A program made the translations under genes and the position numbers. Of a stretch of DNA of 64,000 bases, positions 48,485 through 57,955 are shown piece by piece (positions within the stretch are counted from its first letter, which is position 1; each line of letters starts with the position of its first letter). The notes under the pieces are model-generated. The model saw nothing but the letters and a program-made list of their open reading frames with translations, searched no databases and was not told where the DNA came from. Source of the DNA: Candidatus Magasanikiibacteriota bacterium (GTDB lineage Bacteria; Patescibacteriota; Patescibacteriia; Magasanikbacterales; UBA922); NCBI GenBank assembly GCA_016193335.1, contig JACPSK010000001.1, positions 279,424-343,423 of the forward strand, in the 5' to 3' direction.

Positions 48485-49546
48485 ATGAAACTGAATCATC
48501 TTTTATTGATTTTCGGTATTTTACTGCCTTTTTTTCTTTTTTTGACGGTAAACCACACTTTATTATCAAAAAAAAATGACATAAAATCCGTATTATTGGA
48601 AAAACCGCGAAGGATAGGATCTGACACTGTGTACTTTCCCTTTTTCGACAAAAAAGAAAACACAGTCACCTATTGGGCGTCAAAAGAAAACGCGTTAAAA
48701 ACGATCTCCTTATCAAATCCGGGGAAAACACTAAAAAAACAAAACACAAGCATCGGGGGCGACACTACAGACATACTGTGGGCACCGAACGGGATCGCGT
48801 TCGCGGAAAAAAACAACGGCGGTTTACGCGTGCGCTCTCTCGATAAAGAAGCGGCGTACCATATTGACGGAGACATAGAAAGCGCTGCATGGTCCCCGGA
48901 CAGCAAAAAACTGCTATACCAAAACTTTTCGGATAGAAACGCCACGAAAAGTTCCCTGTACATCTTCAACAGAGAAACAGGCTCAAGCAGCCTATACCTG
49001 GAACTGGGCGAGCCGGAGGCGTCTTTTTCTGAGGGCATCGTTTTACTTTCTTGGCCAGAAGAAAAAAAAATACTTTATGCTCAAGCAAGCACAGACCAAA
49101 GTCTTCCGGCTTGGTGGAACACGGATAAAGAAGCTCCTGAGAATGAATTATTAAGCGGAATACGCTTTTTGGAATTGTCGCCAGACAAAAAAAACTTGCT
49201 CACTGAAGTGGAAAAACCGGGCAATCAACAGTATACTGTGTATGCCGTACAAAATATGTTAACCGGCGAAGAGGCCCCCACGGATATATCGCCGCAAGAA
49301 TCCTTATGCGCTTGGAAAACGAACACCGCTTTGTTGTGCGTGAGCGCGAAAATAAGTTCTGACGTCGTCTATATCGGGAGTGTCAATCTTCAAGATGGTG
49401 AATACACCCTGCATGGAGCAGTCCGTTCTGAGGACATGGATATCAATCAAAATTCAGAATACATGCATATAGTGGGGAACAATTTCTTTTATATTTCGTC
49501 TTTTGACCAAGGACTATATTCTATAAAGTTGAAAAATACACAATAA
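48485..49546 (+). CDS. Membrane-anchored TolB-like beta-propeller protein
   Basis: N-terminal TM and blade motifs LWAPNG, AWSPDSKKLLY, LSPDKKNLL. Confidence 0.7.
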   Translation: MKLNHLLLIFGILLPFFLFLTVNHTLLSKKNDIKSVLLEKPRRIGSDTVYFPFFDKKENTVTYWASKENALKTISLSNPGKTLKKQNTSIGGDTTDILWAPNGIAFAEKNNGGLRVRSLDKEAAYHIDGDIESAAWSPDSKKLLYQNFSDRNATKSSLYIFNRETGSSSLYLELGEPEASFSEGIVLLSWPEEKKILYAQASTDQSLPAWWNTDKEAPENELLSGIRFLELSPDKKNLLTEVEKPGNQQYTVYAVQNMLTGEEAPTDISPQESLCAWKTNTALLCVSAKISSDVVYIGSVNLQDGEYTLHGAVRSEDMDINQNSEYMHIVGNNFFYISSFDQGLYSIKLKNTQ

Positions 49547-49549
49547 CAT

Positions 49550-51913
49550 ATGGAAAGGCGAAAAAAAATGACACAAATAACAAAAAACATTACAGACATA
49601 ATAGTGGCCGGCTCTTTTTTGCTATTTCTTTTCTTGCCCCAGGCAAGCCAAGCCGCCCCAAAACTCCTCAACACGGTCGGTTCAGTGGAACACTATACAT
49701 ACAGTTCCTCTTGCTCGGGAACAGGAACACAAAATCTCATCGTCAATACAACGCAGAGTTCTTACTCCAACATCTACTTTTTCTTCCACGGTCAAACCTC
49801 CCCCAGCCCAAAAGGATTCTGCGAAGGCGCTTTTCAACTTTGCTCTCGGGCAAAAGAACAGCCGTCTTCTCTCTTTGTGGGCGTTTCCATGAAAGGATCC
49901 GGCAACCAATGGGTTTCCAAAGTTGATTTTCCCTGCCTTTACAATGAAGCGAAAACACAGCTTGACGAACTTGGCATTCCCATGCCGAGCAGTGTAAACA
50001 TGGCCGCTTTCAGCTATGGCGGCAGAGCCCTTCAAAATATATTCAATCAAGGGAAACAGCAGGGAAACGTCAAAAGCACGCTTTTTTTCGATGCCTGTTT
50101 CGGAAGCTGGTGTTCTGACGTGGCAAAAAAATCTTCTTCAATCCGCGGGTCACAATATATGTACGCTTCTTCAGCCACGGACAATGACAACGGCAAAAAA
50201 AATCAAGAAGCCGCCGCTGCCGCCATCAAAGCCTCAAGCGATGCCACGCGTTATGTGCATGTGCCGGTGAACAACCATGGTCTCATACCCAACATATGTT
50301 TTTGGGATCATATAAACAGTGATCTCTGCCAGGGAAAGGGAGTCTTAAAATCTTCTTCCGATCTTCCGCAAACTCCGGCCGAGCCAGTCCAAAACCCTGC
50401 CGGCAAAGGCAACTTCGGCAAAGAATGCGACACCGACGCGGATTGTCCGGTAGGGAATGAATGCGAACAGAGCATACATCCGAATGGCAAGGAATACTGT
50501 GTTTGTGAAGAAGACGCTCATTGTGTGGAAGAATATGGCGGAGATCCAAAAGAATGGACCTGTTCCAATGGGAGCAATGCGTCGTATGAGTTGAATTATT
50601 GTTTAAAAGGAAGCACGCCTTATTATCCGATCGGAGAAAATCCGGCGGCAAAGAACGCAACGAGTGACGTAGGGCGAGCTTTTGATGGGGCGGCCCTCTC
50701 TGAGAGTGAAATACAAAAACTCCTCAAGAAGCCGGTGCCCAAGATCAGGATTCCGGGGTTGGAGTTTAGTGAGATCAGCGTGGAGGGATTAAGCTCAATG
50801 GACGCGGGAGGAAAAACTTATCTCAATATCCCCTTTCTCGGACAATACATCGCCAGCTTATACAAATATCTCATTATTCTTATTACCGTTGTTTCGACGG
50901 TATTCTTGATCATTGGCGGCATGCAGTGGATTTTGGGCGGTAGCGGATCAGGAAAAGAAGAAATAAAACAACGCATGATAAACAGCCTCATAGGCCTTAT
51001 TGTAGCACTCAGCTCTTATGTAATATTGCATACCATCAACCCTGATCTGGTGCAATTCAAAGCTCTAAAAGTCTTATACGCCCAACCAAACGAATTCTTC
51101 GCGACTCCTCCTGAAAATGATGAAGATAATCCGAATCTTCCGGCCGACACCACTATAGCCGCTAAACCAAATGCCCAGGATGAGGTGACCTCAGACCTCT
51201 TTATGGAAACCGGTATAAACGGTCCGAAAGCGAACGGTTGGCAAATCTGGCAGTCCTTTTCGGAAAATCAAAAAAAAGAAGTCCTGCCTCATCTGTTCAA
51301 ACTTATAGCGGCATGTCCTGGCGAAGGCAATCTTACGAATATCACCGGAATCCCGGGATGGAACGGCATGAAAATCAATTCCCAGGCCTTGGAACCTTTC
51401 AGAAAAGCCAATAAACTGGCCTCTGAATTGGGTTTTGTATTGTATCCCGGAGGAGTGTACAGACCCTCAGCCACACAACTTAGGCTGTGGAATACGGGTG
51501 TCGCGGCCCGCTATCAAAGAGGCCTGAGCGGATGGGAAAATAATCAAGGCAAAATCGCGAGGCCCAGCTGCAAATCCCCTCATCTGAGCGGAGGAGCGGT
51601 GGATGTGAACATGAAATATATCGCTTCCGGCAAAAAACTCGCGGCCAGCGATCCCTTCAAAATAACCAAATCCAATTACGCGACTAAATTTTTGGGGGAT
51701 CCGTATAAAATTATTCTGGAATATATTTTCAATCAAGCCGGATGGCTGCGGCTCTGTTCCGAACATTGGCATTTTGAATATGGTGTGACTGTTTCTTACG
51801 GTAGATGGGACAAGACATCACGTTGCTGGATAGGCAATGAAACATATGATCAACCCATTCCGGACAGCATGAAAGCGGAAGTAAACAAGATCGTTGGCAA
51901 AAATATTTTATAA
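49550..51913 (+). CDS. Modular secreted protein: alpha/beta-hydrolase + 8-Cys module + pilin hairpin + M15 (VanY/VanX-like) peptidase
   Basis: Signal peptide. Hydrolase motifs FFFHG, nucleophile elbow AFSYGG, FFDA, NHG. Pilin motif IPFLGQYIA..GGMQW..SYVILHTINPDL. M15 motifs YRP..Q..LW, SPHLSGGAVDV, EHWHFEY. Confidence 0.82.
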   Translation: MERRKKMTQITKNITDIIVAGSFLLFLFLPQASQAAPKLLNTVGSVEHYTYSSSCSGTGTQNLIVNTTQSSYSNIYFFFHGQTSPSPKGFCEGAFQLCSRAKEQPSSLFVGVSMKGSGNQWVSKVDFPCLYNEAKTQLDELGIPMPSSVNMAAFSYGGRALQNIFNQGKQQGNVKSTLFFDACFGSWCSDVAKKSSSIRGSQYMYASSATDNDNGKKNQEAAAAAIKASSDATRYVHVPVNNHGLIPNICFWDHINSDLCQGKGVLKSSSDLPQTPAEPVQNPAGKGNFGKECDTDADCPVGNECEQSIHPNGKEYCVCEEDAHCVEEYGGDPKEWTCSNGSNASYELNYCLKGSTPYYPIGENPAAKNATSDVGRAFDGAALSESEIQKLLKKPVPKIRIPGLEFSEISVEGLSSMDAGGKTYLNIPFLGQYIASLYKYLIILITVVSTVFLIIGGMQWILGGSGSGKEEIKQRMINSLIGLIVALSSYVILHTINPDLVQFKALKVLYAQPNEFFATPPENDEDNPNLPADTTIAAKPNAQDEVTSDLFMETGINGPKANGWQIWQSFSENQKKEVLPHLFKLIAACPGEGNLTNITGIPGWNGMKINSQALEPFRKANKLASELGFVLYPGGVYRPSATQLRLWNTGVAARYQRGLSGWENNQGKIARPSCKSPHLSGGAVDVNMKYIASGKKLAASDPFKITKSNYATKFLGDPYKIILEYIFNQAGWLRLCSEHWHFEYGVTVSYGRWDKTSRCWIGNETYDQPIPDSMKAEVNKIVGKNIL
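50400..50775 (+). repeat. 376-bp intragenic direct repeat, copy 2
   Basis: Second copy of the repeat at 46944-47319. Confidence 0.93.
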
Positions 51914-51916
51914 GCT

Positions 51917-53263
51917 ATGCCGGAACCAAAAACACTCTACGTTTGCACGCATTGTGACGCGCAATTCCAAAAATGGATAGGCCGTTGTTTGGAATGCGGA
52001 ACTTGGGGTTCTTTAGAAGAAGTTTCTGCCGCGCGTATGAAACAAGAAAAAGAAAACGCGGCGATCCCCGCAAAAACGCAAGAACTTTCAGAACTAAAAA
52101 CAACTCAGACCGAACGAATCCCAAGCAAGATCAGAGAATTGGATCGAGTGCTCGGAGACGGCATAGTGCCGGGAAGCCTGATACTCCTTGGCGGAGAGCC
52201 GGGGATCGGCAAATCCACGCTCGCTTTGCAATTGGCCGCCATTGTGGACAAAACGCTGTACATTTCCGGCGAGGAATCGGCCGGTCAAATCGCAATGCGG
52301 GCTCGCCGAATTTTAAGTGAAAAATTTTCAAAAAATATCAAAGTCCTCAACGAAACAAACGTGGAAACTATTGTGTCCACTCTCAAGGTCGAATCCGCGA
52401 ACTTCGCGATCATTGATTCCATTCAAACACTCTATTCAGAAGAGGTGAGCGGAGGCGCCGGATCTCCAAATCAAATCCGCGCCTGCACGGTAAAGCTGCT
52501 CGACTGCGCGAAACAACATACCATAGCCATTTGTATCATTGGACATGTTACCAAAGATGGAGCCGTGGCCGGGCCAAAAACCTTGGAGCATTTGGTAGAC
52601 ACGGTTTTGTATCTCGAAGGAGAACCTCATCATTCGTACCGGGTCCTGCGCGCGGTAAAAAATCGTTTTGGTTCCACCGATGAAGTGGGTATTTTTGAAA
52701 TGGACGAAACCGGTCTCCGCGAAGTTCCCAATCCTTCTGAACATTTTCTCTCCGAACGTGCCGAAAAAACTTCAGGCTCTGTCATTACCTGTCTTATGGA
52801 AGGTACAAGACCTTTGCTCGTGGAAATTCAAGCTTTGGTCCAAAAAACAAGTTTCGGATACCCGGTGCGCAAAGCCAGCGGTTTTGATCTGAACCGTCTC
52901 CATGTTTTGGTGGCAGTCTTGCAGAAACGTGCTGGGCTTAATCTGGCTCAATATGATATTCACATCAATGTGGTGGGCGGACTCAAGGCGGAAGAGCCTT
53001 CCGCTGATCTCTCAATTTGTCTGGCCATAGCAAGCTCATTCAAAGACAAAATTCTTGGGCTAGATTTGGTGGTCTTTGGCGAAGTGGGACTTGGCGGGGA
53101 AATACGCGCGGTTCGGCACACGGAAAAACGTCTAAAAGAATGCGAACAGCTCGGCATGAAACGGGTCATAATGGCTCGCAACAAAAAGATAAAAGAAAAA
53201 AATACCAACAAACTTCATATTATCGGCGTTGGGAATATTGAGGAGCTGATACAGCACGCCTAA
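51917..53263 (+). CDS. radA: DNA repair protein RadA/Sms
   Basis: Zn finger CTHC..CLEC, GEPGIGKST, IIDSIQT, AGPKTLEHLVD, KNRFG, Lon-like C-terminus GEVGLGGE. Confidence 0.97.
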   Translation: MPEPKTLYVCTHCDAQFQKWIGRCLECGTWGSLEEVSAARMKQEKENAAIPAKTQELSELKTTQTERIPSKIRELDRVLGDGIVPGSLILLGGEPGIGKSTLALQLAAIVDKTLYISGEESAGQIAMRARRILSEKFSKNIKVLNETNVETIVSTLKVESANFAIIDSIQTLYSEEVSGGAGSPNQIRACTVKLLDCAKQHTIAICIIGHVTKDGAVAGPKTLEHLVDTVLYLEGEPHHSYRVLRAVKNRFGSTDEVGIFEMDETGLREVPNPSEHFLSERAEKTSGSVITCLMEGTRPLLVEIQALVQKTSFGYPVRKASGFDLNRLHVLVAVLQKRAGLNLAQYDIHINVVGGLKAEEPSADLSICLAIASSFKDKILGLDLVVFGEVGLGGEIRAVRHTEKRLKECEQLGMKRVIMARNKKIKEKNTNKLHIIGVGNIEELIQHA

Positions 53264-53366
53264 ACTTTCAGTTTCAAGAAGAGTGAGATAATTTGTGTTG
53301 TATGTACCTCAAAGCGTCTGCAGCACCCCTTTTTTCCCCCCTCCACGCTGTGTTCTCTATATTTAA

Positions 53367-53458
53367 ACCCCCTCTTACATCTCCCCCTTAGTAAAGGGGG
53401 AGAGACTGCGCAGCCACGATCCTCTCCTTTACTAAGGAGGGGATATAAGGGGTGGTTG
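53367..53458. repeat. REP-like CCCCTT/AAGGGG palindrome cluster (family C), left
   Basis: TCTCCCCCTTAGTAAAGGGGGAGA and CCTCTCCTTTACTAAGGAGGGGATATAAGGGGTGGTT. Related to 54077-54208. Confidence 0.75.
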
Positions 53459-53652
53459 AATGGTCTGACCTAGTCCGCAAACAAAAAAACCGACTCTTCA
53501 TCGGAATATAATTAGGATTGGGGTGGCCTTGCGCGCGTACAGCTCTATCACCCCCACTGCGATGAAAAGCATGTACAAACACACGCGGAGCTTGCCCAAA
53601 GCTCAACGCGGGCGCGCAAGGCTATAGAAAGGTGGGAGCCCGGCCTGCCGGG

Positions 53653-53940
53653 CTAGAGGTTGGCGATGTTCTTCCGGGTCGGGTCTCCGCGGACCTGGCG
53701 GCAGCCCGTCGGCAGTCGCCGCTCGGAGCCGAGCAGACCCTCCCGGCTCTGGTGGGGGCGATGGGAGACGCCCTCCACCTCGATCCCGAGCCCGAGGGCC
53801 TGCTCGATCCCCTGCTCGAACTCGGCCGTGACCTTACCGTTCCGGTACTGAACGATGAAGGCCACTCCCTCGCTGATCGCGACGGCCACCGTACCAGTCC
53901 CGCCACGGGGCGGGAAAGGACGCTTCTTGATATCCTTCAA
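53653..53940 (-). CDS. Small GC-rich orphan protein (95 aa)
   Basis: SD AAGGTGAGGT before TTG, strong G/C bias at third codon positions in this frame, promoter TTGACT-16-TATTAT with TGn extension (54042-54015), terminator at 53483-53504. Confidence 0.65.
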   Translation of the reverse strand: MKDIKKRPFPPRGGTGTVAVAISEGVAFIVQYRNGKVTAEFEQGIEQALGLGIEVEGVSHRPHQSREGLLGSERRLPTGCRQVRGDPTRKNIANL

Positions 53941-54076
53941 AATTACCTCACCTTGCTAAGTACGCACCTCGCACCGGATGCCCATCCGATGAAAAACGCG
54001 CACAATTAGAAATAATAATAGCAGAAAAAATAGAAAAGTCAAGGCTATTTGCCCTGACCTGTAAACTCCGGAACCA

Positions 54077-54208
54077 GTCTCCCTCCTTTACCAAGGAGAG
54101 GGACATTGCATCCACGATCCCCTCCTTTTCAAGGAGGGGATGTAAGGGGTGGTTATGGATTTCTCCGATAACCCCCCCTTGCATCTCCCCCTTTAAAAGG
54201 GGGAGAGA
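54077..54208. repeat. REP-like palindrome cluster (family C), right
   Basis: CCACGATCCCCTCCTTTTCAAGGAGGGGATGTAAGGGGTGGTT and CATCTCCCCCTTTAAAAGGGGGAGAG resemble 53367-53458. Confidence 0.75.
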
Positions 54209-54228
54209 AGTGATATTTATGGATTTGC

Positions 54229-55659
54229 TCACCTCACCTCTTCCAAATCATGCGCTCCGCTTTCTTTTAACCCAGCACTTGTAACGCGCAGAAACTGACA
54301 ATTTTCTTGCAGCTCGGCGATACTTCTTGAATTGGTATAACTCATTCCGGAGCGCAAACCGCCAGTGAGTTGTCCTACTATTTCCTTAAGATATCCTTTA
54401 TATGGCACTATGGCTTCCACGCCCTCGGGTGTCACTTCACTTAAGTCTCTTTTCTCCTGACCCAAGCTCCGTCTCCTCTCGGCCGTGCCAAAACTCGCGC
54501 TTCCTCGGCAGACTTTGTATTTTTTCCCATTCCTGTTCATAATAATTCCCGGACTTTCGTGAGTGCCGGCAAACATTCCGCCTATCATCACCGTATCCGC
54601 GCCCGCGCCGATAGCTTTTACTATATCACCTGATTTTTGTATCCCACCGTCAGCTATCACCGGCACGCCGTATGGCTTGGCCGCGGCGACCGCGTTCATT
54701 ACAGCCGATAGTTGCGGAACTCCACAGCCGGTTACCATCCGAGTAACGCAAATGGTCCCCGGGCCCACGCCCACCTTAATGGCATCCACCCCTGCTTCGC
54801 AAAGATCTCTGGCTCCTTGAGCAGTGGCAATGTTTCCGGCAATAAGCTGTATATCTCCACAAGATTCTCGAATGTTTTTGATTGCTTTAAACATGAGTTC
54901 CGAATGGCCATGAGCAATGTCTATTACAAGAACATCCGCCCCGGCTTCGAGCAAAGCCTGAGCTCGTTCAATATAATCTCCCTTTACACCTACAGACGCA
55001 CCTACAATAAGCCTCCCCTCCTCATCAGTATTTGCCAAAGGGTATTCCATCTGATTTTTGATATCATCACTTATGATGAGCCCGCAAATTTTGTCGTCGA
55101 GATCCACTAAGGGCAATTTTTCAACCTTGCGCTGGCCCAATATTTCTTTCGCTTCTCTAAAACTCGTGTCCGGAGAACCTACAAACAATCTTCCTCGCGG
55201 TGTCATTATTTCATGTACTCTTTGTTCATCACTTTCGGCAAACAAAATATCCCTGCTCGAAAGGATGCCGCGAAGTCGGCCATCACCATTTGCCACCAAA
55301 ATACCACCCACTCCGCAGTTTGCTATAAATTCTTTCGCCTCACGAAGCGTTTTGTCCGGCTCAATGGTATAAGGGTGCTTGATCACGAAATTCTGAGCTC
55401 TCTTTACGCGCCGTACTTCTTCCGCGTTATCTTCAATACTCATGAAACGATGCATAATGCCTATACCTCCAAGCCTGGCCAAAGCTATGGCCATCTCAGA
55501 CTCGGTTACCGTGTCCATATTCGAACTGATGATGGGAATCTTGAGATTGAGCTTTTTGGTCAATTTAGTGGAAATGTTTGCTTCCTGTCTCGAATCCAAA
55601 GAAGAACGCCGAGGCACAATCAGTACATCGTCATAAGTCAAAGCCAAAGGGATGTTCAT
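54229..55659 (-). CDS. guaB: IMP dehydrogenase
   Basis: [16 protein letters not shown], two CBS domains, [31 protein letters not shown]. Confidence 0.95.
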   Translation of the reverse strand: MNIPLALTYDDVLIVPRRSSLDSRQEANISTKLTKKLNLKIPIISSNMDTVTESEMAIALARLGGIGIMHRFMSIEDNAEEVRRVKRAQNFVIKHPYTIEPDKTLREAKEFIANCGVGGILVANGDGRLRGILSSRDILFAESDEQRVHEIMTPRGRLFVGSPDTSFREAKEILGQRKVEKLPLVDLDDKICGLIISDDIKNQMEYPLANTDEEGRLIVGASVGVKGDYIERAQALLEAGADVLVIDIAHGHSELMFKAIKNIRESCGDIQLIAGNIATAQGARDLCEAGVDAIKVGVGPGTICVTRMVTGCGVPQLSAVMNAVAAAKPYGVPVIADGGIQKSGDIVKAIGAGADTVMIGGMFAGTHESPGIIMNRNGKKYKVCRGSASFGTAERRRSLGQEKRDLSEVTPEGVEAIVPYKGYLKEIVGQLTGGLRSGMSYTNSRSIAELQENCQFLRVTSAGLKESGAHDLEEVR

Positions 55660-55847
55660 AACAATAGGTTTTATAAGTCGGAAAGGAGTATACCAAAGAC
55701 AGCCGAAGTCTCAAAATATGAAACCAAACAAATAAAACAGCCGAAATCCCTTGTACCAAAGACTCGCGCATTTTGCTTCTCCCCTTTTAAAGGTTAATAT
55801 AAGAAATAATTTTTAAGATGGGCTCTAATCTGTCCGTCCCTTCTTTC

Positions 55848-57938
55848 CTATTCCAAATGCACTCTATGGTCCCATTCTTGCACCTTCTCTTTCAATAATG
55901 GATACTCACCAAAATCTATTCCTCGCGCCAATTCTCTAGCCTTTCGTATAAGTTCAGTGTCCCGCATGGTCGCCAATCTCAAATTCATCATTCCGCTCTG
56001 TGCCGTGCCGTATACATCGCCCGGACCTCGTCGTTCCAAATCATATTCCGCCAATCTAAACCCATCACTGCATTTCTCAAAAAAAGACAGCCGCTCTTTT
56101 ACTGTATCAGAACCACTGTCGCTAAACAAAAAACAATAAGACTGATGCTCGCTTCTGCCCACCCGCCCGCGAAATTGATGCAATTCCGCCAAACCGAAAT
56201 GCTCTGCGCCTTCTACAAGCATTACGCTCGCGTTTGGTATGTTTACTCCCACTTCAATGATGGAAGTTGAAACCAAGATCTGTGTTTCTCCCGCGGCAAA
56301 ACTTTTTGTTATCTTGTCTTTTTCCGCGCTCTTCATCTTCCCGTGAAGGTGGGCTATATTACAATCAGGAAAAATCGTCTCTGACAATATTTCATATTCG
56401 GCCAACACAGATTTACGATCATTTCCCTTTTCCAAATCCTCCTCAATCAAAGGACAAACAACAAAGACTTGTCTCCCCTTTTTAATTTGTTCTCGTATAA
56501 AATCATAAGCTTTTTCTCTATTATGCGGATCCACGAAACGGGTTTTGATTTCTTTTCTTCCGGCCGGCATTTCCTTGAGCACAGAAATATCCAGATCTCC
56601 ATACAAGGTCAAGGCGAATGAACGCGGTATGGGCGTGGCAGTCATGCTCAAAAAATGGGGCTCTGTGTTTCGATCTCCGGATTGCTCGCGAATTTTTTTG
56701 CGCTGTTCCACGCCAAAGCGCTGCTGTTCATCCACAATCACCAAAGCCAAATTATTGAAGCGCAGAGACTCAGAAAGTATGGCATGAGTCCCCACCAATA
56801 TATCCACAGCCCCCTCTTTGAGCAATCCGAGAAGCTCTTCCCGTTTTCCTTTTTTTGTTTTTTGGGTAAACGCGCCATTAAAAAGCTCAGACTCAGAAGC
56901 GCTTAGCAAACCGAGAACGATTTTGTCTTTATACAATCTACTCAATGACTCAAAATGCTGGCGCGCCAAAATTTCAGTTGGCGCCATAAAAGCGGCCTGC
57001 TTTTTATTCAAAGCCACTGCGTACAAAACCAAAGCCGCCACCGCGGTTTTCCCGGAGCCTACTTCACCTTCAAGCAAACGATTCATCGGCGTTTCTTTTC
57101 CCAAATCCCGTAGTATTTCCCAAGCCGCTTTTTTCTGATCCTGGGTGAGTCCGAAAGGAAGACTTGAAACAAAATCCTTTATTTCTCTTTCTTTAAAAAA
57201 AATAGACTCGGCTCGAGCTTCTTTGATTGACTGGCGTATCATCTCGGCCCGCAATTGCAAAATAAATAACTCATCAAATTTCAGCCTTGTTTCAGCTTTT
57301 TTTAAAAATGCTTCATCTTTTGGAAAATGTATCTCTTGAATAGCGACGGGAAGAAGCATCAAGCCTGTTTTGTTCATTATCATTTTCGGAAGCCAATCTT
57401 CCACGCTTTTATGTATTTTTTCTTTTAAAATTTGATGAATGAAAGAACGAAGTTGTTTTTGCGTGATGCCGTCAGTGAGATGATAAAGAGGAACAATTCT
57501 CGCCGTATGTGAAGAAACATCAGGTCTGACTTTTTCATACGCAGGTCCTACCATCTGAACCCCAAGCATATCTTCTTTTATTTTTCCGGATAGATAAACC
57601 CTATCTCCTGTCTTGATATTTTTTATGATAAAGGGCTGACCAAACCATAAAACTCTAAGTTGTTCTGTTCCATCGCTCACCAGAGCTTCGGTAAGCATGG
57701 TTCGTTTTCGATGGCTCCGTCTGTTCGCAATCAGTTCCACGGTTCCGGATATGGTTACTCGCTGTCCGTCTTTGAGTTCAGAAATGGGTAAAATCTGACG
57801 ATAATCTTCATAACGAAAGGGAAAATAAAACAAGAGATCTTTAAGAGTCTCTATGCCCAAACGCTTCAGACGCGATTCCAGAGTTTTGCCTACGCGGCTC
57901 AGATGCCGTACCGGAGTTTGGAGGTCCATAGTAGACAT
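55848..57938 (-). CDS. recG: ATP-dependent DNA helicase RecG
   Basis: Wedge domain (DLLFYFPFRYED), MNRLLEGEVGSGKT, MAPTEILARQH, DEQQRFGV, MTATPIPRS, QFRGRVGR, TRG motif RGPG. The true start may be 57929. Confidence 0.96.
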   Translation of the reverse strand: MSTMDLQTPVRHLSRVGKTLESRLKRLGIETLKDLLFYFPFRYEDYRQILPISELKDGQRVTISGTVELIANRRSHRKRTMLTEALVSDGTEQLRVLWFGQPFIIKNIKTGDRVYLSGKIKEDMLGVQMVGPAYEKVRPDVSSHTARIVPLYHLTDGITQKQLRSFIHQILKEKIHKSVEDWLPKMIMNKTGLMLLPVAIQEIHFPKDEAFLKKAETRLKFDELFILQLRAEMIRQSIKEARAESIFFKEREIKDFVSSLPFGLTQDQKKAAWEILRDLGKETPMNRLLEGEVGSGKTAVAALVLYAVALNKKQAAFMAPTEILARQHFESLSRLYKDKIVLGLLSASESELFNGAFTQKTKKGKREELLGLLKEGAVDILVGTHAILSESLRFNNLALVIVDEQQRFGVEQRKKIREQSGDRNTEPHFLSMTATPIPRSFALTLYGDLDISVLKEMPAGRKEIKTRFVDPHNREKAYDFIREQIKKGRQVFVVCPLIEEDLEKGNDRKSVLAEYEILSETIFPDCNIAHLHGKMKSAEKDKITKSFAAGETQILVSTSIIEVGVNIPNASVMLVEGAEHFGLAELHQFRGRVGRSEHQSYCFLFSDSGSDTVKERLSFFEKCSDGFRLAEYDLERRGPGDVYGTAQSGMMNLRLATMRDTELIRKARELARGIDFGEYPLLKEKVQEWDHRVHLE

Positions 57939-57955
57939 ATTGTAGCATATTTTGG

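Noticed and set aside
46944-50775. Diversity-generating retroelement TR/VR pair
   Set aside because: Mismatches are mostly synonymous and not confined to adenines of one copy, both copies are mid-gene, and no reverse transcriptase is in the window.
53622-54232. Alternative ORFs 53632-54009(+), 53622-53906(-) and 53948-54232(-)
   Set aside because: They lack SD and codon bias or translate palindromic repeats; 53653-53940(-) has promoter, SD and third-position bias.
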